From Atractiella rhizophila (taxonomy: Eukaryota), in contig MU271624.1 in NCBI GenBank assembly GCA_021432655.1, forward strand, positions 1 through 38,243: a DNA stretch of 38,243 nt. Direction: 5' to 3'. The first letter of the stretch is position 1. Every line of letters begins with the position of its first letter. The notes under the pieces are model-generated. The model searched no databases. It saw only the letters and a list, made by a program, of their open reading frames with translations, and was not told the origin of the DNA. Below, piece by piece: positions 34,192-38,243 of the stretch. Position numbers and translations under genes: made by a program.

Positions 34192-37052
34192 ATGGTGACT
34201 CACGCTGCGGTTCTTTCAACTTCCAACCAGTCACAACCACAACCCCTAAACAACATACCTTCTCATCCCTCTGCTNNNNNNNNNNNNNNNNNNNNNNNNN
34301 NNNNNNNNNNNNNNNNNNNNNNNNNNNNNNNNNNNNNNNNNNNNNNNNNNNNNNNNNNNNNNNNNNNNNNNNNNNNNNNNNNNNNNNNNNNNNNNNNNNN
34401 NNNNNNNNNNNNNNNNNNNNNNNNNNNNNNNNNNNNNNNNNNNNNNNNNNNNNNNNNNNNNNNNNNNNNNNNNNNNNNNNNNNNNNNNNNNNNNNNNNNN
34501 NNNNNNNNNNNNNNNNNNNNNNNNNNNNNNNNNNNNNNNNNNNNNNNNNNNNNNNNNNNNNNNNNNNNNNNNNNNNNNNNNNNNNNNNNNNNNNNNNNNN
34601 NNNNNNNNNNNNNNNNNNNNNNNNNNNNNNNNNNNNNNNNNNNNNNNNNNNNNNNNNNNNNNNNNNNNNNNNNNNNNNNNNNNNNNNNNNNNNNNNNNNN
34701 NNNNNNNNNNNNNNNNNNNNNNNNNNNNNNNNNNNNNNNNNNNNNNNNNNNNNNNNNNNNNNNNNNNNNNNNNNNNNNNNNNNNNNNNNNNNNNNNNNNN
34801 NNNNNNNNNNNNNNNNNNNNNNNNNNNNNNNNNNNNNNNNNNNNNNNNNNNNNNNNNNNNNNNNNNNNNNNNNNNNNNGAAATTGCTTCATGGCTGTTCC
34901 AGGATGCAACTATATATCCCGATCCTGGAGCGAAGGACGATCCAGCATTGGAGAATATCTTCTATTGTAAAGATTGTTTTGCCGCCAGATTCAGTAAAGG
35001 CGACTGGTAGGAAGCCCTCTCCTCATGTAACACCAGCTGATCGGTACACGCAGCGATAACTGTCAAAAGGGGATTCTTGGAGATGAGAAATTTGTTATGC
35101 ATAACACTCGCGCGCCAAATGGTGAGATCAAGAAACGTTTCTGGCACAAGTCCTGCTGCTTTTGCCACTACTGCGAATCTCGGAAGAATATATTCAACAA
35201 TCCGACTGTGGACCCTTTCGGACTCCTTTGTTGTGAAGCGTGCTTTGACAAAGGCGCGTTCCTTCAGTCGTCCCCTGCCGTTGGCGTCCAGAAGTCGTCC
35301 CCAGTTGGTGGCAGCCGATTAGGAGCGAGCACCGACTTCCCTCGAGACTTGAGGATGTCGCTTGGCGGATCTGGGACTAGCAGACCGACTGTTCCAAGGT
35401 TGAGCGAGACCGTTGGGGAAGCGGAACGGAGAAAGAAGTGGTCGGAGCCTGCGCTTGGAACCAGAAGCAGAAAGGAGAGCTTCGATGAACGATCAAGGAT
35501 TGACGCTTCCGAGAGGTCGCGGTGGGACAGATCAAATCCGATCAGTTCTCCTGTTGCCAGCAAAGAACCGATACGACATCACACTACTTCGACATTTCCG
35601 CCCCCCGTCGCATCACGTTCCTCAAACTTTGCTGCTGGCCACGCCGCATCTATGCAATCCACCAGCTCCGAGTCTTCCTTGCCTACTCGAAATATCACCC
35701 GAGAGACAAACAATCCCATCACTAGTCGTGCCTCTCCTCTGGCTCCAATGTTACAGTCCCCCACAGTTTCCTCCCCCTCATCGTTTGGACGGACGTCCCC
35801 TCAAGTCGGCTTGACCGTGGATACAGAACGTGTCCCTTTCCCTGTAGTGGATGGCGAAGGAAAGGATGAAATGAGACCGGAAAGAGTAAATAGCCCACTA
35901 TCTCCGTCAGTAGTGAACGAGATGAGAAAGAAATTTGGAGAACCCGCCATTACGAAAAAACCTGCAGCAATTCCCACCACACGGTCCAAGTCGACGTCTG
36001 CTGCAGATTCAGACGTCCCAACGCCTCCGAAAGTTCTGTTTCCCCGACAACAGGAACGCTTCGACTCGACCTTGTCCTCTAGTTCAGACGCTCCAATTTC
36101 TAAGGGTCCACGCTTCAGTCATAACGCCCGTTCAAAATCAATGAACATGTTTCCTTCAGCGACGGCCAGTCCGGACCCGATGAAGTCTTCCTGCAAAGGC
36201 TGTGGAAACAACCTCTTTTCCATTGATTCAGTGAAAGAAGGAGAGACGCGATTTCTGACGCTCAGGAATTCAGGAGATATGTATCACTTGGAGTGTTTCC
36301 GGTGCGGGAAGTGCGGCATTGGCTTTGAGGAAAAAGGCGGGGGAAGATACGTCGAGGAGGAAGGATGGGGAGCCGTTCACGTCGAAGTTTGTATCACAGT
36401 TTCCCTTGGGTCAATCTGTCCTAATACTTCTGTCATCAGTGCGCGTCGCCACTCCATATGCCTCTCACCTCTAGCCGACCAGTTCCATCTCAACCTCCAC
36501 CGGCGACCCAGAAGCCATACGTTCCAAGGACCTACACTTCCTCCTTCTCTTCTACCACCTCTACATCATCTACGCAAATCAAGTCTCCTACAACCACCTA
36601 CACACCTCCAGTGATCACACCAAGACCATATCAACACCCTTCCTATCCTTATACTCCTACAAGTCCTTCTCCTTCCTTGGGAATGTTTGCGCACGATGAC
36701 GGAAAGAAGGAGCGAGCTCCCGTTCTCAGGAAGCTAGGGGGACTGCCTCCCTGCCCTTCTTGCCTTATACCCGCCACAGTTAGAGAGACAGTGAATGGTC
36801 CAAAAGGACAGAGGGTTCGTCATTTGCGATCATTTTGACAAACCATTTCTGATGTTAGGTGGATAATAGTGGCATGGGTCTTGTCTGAAGTGTTCGGCCG
36901 GTGGTAGAAGAGGAGTTGGGTGTGGAAAAGCTTTAGATAGTGGGGCGAGGGTGATTGAGTACGATAATCTAAAGGGGAAAGCAGAGAAGGCGGTCTGCAG
37001 AGAATGCTTTGGAGCTTTGAATACCAAGTCTCCTAGGCTTGGTGCAGAGTGA
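34192..37052 (+). CDS. Multi-LIM-domain protein; the 5' part spans the gap and the start is uncertain
   Basis: FYCKDCFAARF; CDNC..WHKSCCFCHYC..CCEACF; CKGC..YHLECFRCGKC..HVE|C; LGGLPPCPSC..GPKGQR|WHGSCLKC..GCGKALDS..CRECF. Long Ser/Pro-rich linkers separate the domains. Confidence 0.88.
34276..34878. other. Assembly gap (N run)
   Basis: Run of N bases. Confidence 1.
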
Positions 37053-37323
37053 TGACAAGAAGGCATCACATCACATCACAACACACCTGCATGGACATTC
37101 AAACGGTCTAAGATTCGTATTTATGTTGTCGTAAGGTATTGGAGTCTCTTCCTTTCGTGATTCAGTTCGACCATCAGTTCATATGTAAAAGGCACATGCA
37201 ATCCATCTCGTTTCCATTGCAATCAACCCATTACGACTCGGGAAGAGCGAGCGAATTGAATCAAATTGTCTTCCATGAATACTACGACATGCTTCGATGA
37301 GGCCTAGAAAAGCGAACATCTCC

Positions 37324-38243
37324 CTAGCTAGTAGCCACCTTGGCTTTCAAACGTCTCACTTCTTGAGGTGTAAAATGCAAAACCGTCCCCAGGACGTTAA
37401 CAAGATGCGGCTAGCAGAGTTCCTGAGCAGTGGTTCCGCAGGGAAAAGGAGGACGTACCCTCATTTCCTTCTTATCCAAGAACTGCATGATAACATTCCT
37501 CAAATACTCAAAGTTGAGGGCTTCGTCGCTCTCCTTCTCTTTGTTCGATACCGCAGTACTGTCCTCGCTCGCCCTCTCGGAGGCAGGAACAGAAGGTTGT
37601 GATCCGATTTCGGTGGTGGATGTTGGTTTGGCGGTTGGAAGTGGAGAGGATGGATTGGAAGGGAGTGTGGTGGACGAACGGGAGAAGGAGCTAAAATATC
37701 CCACGCCTGGATTTCTGTTCTCTTCCGAGAGGAAGACTGAGGATTGTAGACGCCGTAGTTTCTCTTGTAGACTCTGTTATAGCGTGCACATGCATAAGAG
37801 GGCCATAAACCCAGGAGATGGAATAATAAACTTACCTTGTTAGTGGATTTGAGTTGAGAATACGCGTTTGTCATCTCTTCGTAAGACTCTTCCGTCTTCT
37901 CCAACTTCCTCAGCACCTCTCCTAGTGCCTCTTTCGTCGCGGCTTCATTAGATCTTCCCTCTTCCCCTTCCCTCCTCGCCTCCTCCAGTTCCGTCTCCTT
38001 CTCTCTCAAAGTTAGTTCCAACTTCTCACTCCTCCTTTTTTCCTCCTCCATCGCCTTATCCCACTCCCTCTTGGCACCAACAGACGCTTCATATTCCATC
38101 TCTTTTCGGCGGATCTCCCTCCTTAGTTTCTCGACCTCCTCCATCCTTCCCCTGAGATTCCTTCCCATCTCCTCCTCGTTCTCCCTCCTTTCTTTCTCCG
38201 CAATCCTTAAGCGCTCCAACACGCCATCCATCGCCAGGGCATG
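37324..38243 (-). CDS. IMH1: GRIP-domain coiled-coil golgin (Imh1-like), 3' part only
   Basis: Long E/K/R coiled coil followed by LNFEYLRNVIMQFLDKKEMR|PHLVNVLGTVLHFTPQEVRRLKAKV (GRIP domain). The gene continues beyond the window. Confidence 0.88.

Noticed and set aside
34094..35010. Long ORFs spanning the N gap (also 6555-7043)
   Set aside because: Artefacts of translating N bases.
1..38243. CRISPR arrays, rRNA, tRNA and intact transposons
   Set aside because: No repeat-spacer arrays, RNA-gene signatures or transposase/RT/integrase motifs were seen by eye. A tRNAscan-SE or Infernal run would be needed to exclude small RNAs.

Overview
Intron-rich fungal genomic DNA with short (about 40-70 nt) GT-AG introns and two assembly gaps. 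Gene style suggests a basidiomycete, but this is inference. Most real genes are split across ORF-track entries or missing from it. Left to right: a Pif1-family helicase; TpA-enriched degenerate GC-rich DNA; a ~2.96 kb tandem duplication carrying a 7-TM membrane-protein gene (second copy tail-truncated); a 4-exon class II hydrophobin; the mitochondrial carrier YHM2; an orphan ORF; a 3-exon metallothionein; a GNAT and an SDR; THOC7; a Zn2Cys6 transcription factor; an Ngl/Angel-type EEP nuclease with an apparent frameshift; a head-to-head pair of paralogous ATF/CREB-like bZIP genes with CRE sites between them; a multi-LIM protein; and the 3' end of a GRIP-domain golgin (IMH1-like). The best leads are the ascomycete-type class II hydrophobin in a probable basidiomycete context (horizontal-transfer candidate), the divergent bZIP paralogue pair, and the duplication-born truncated 7-TM protein. 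All exon models and family calls were made by eye, with no searches run.
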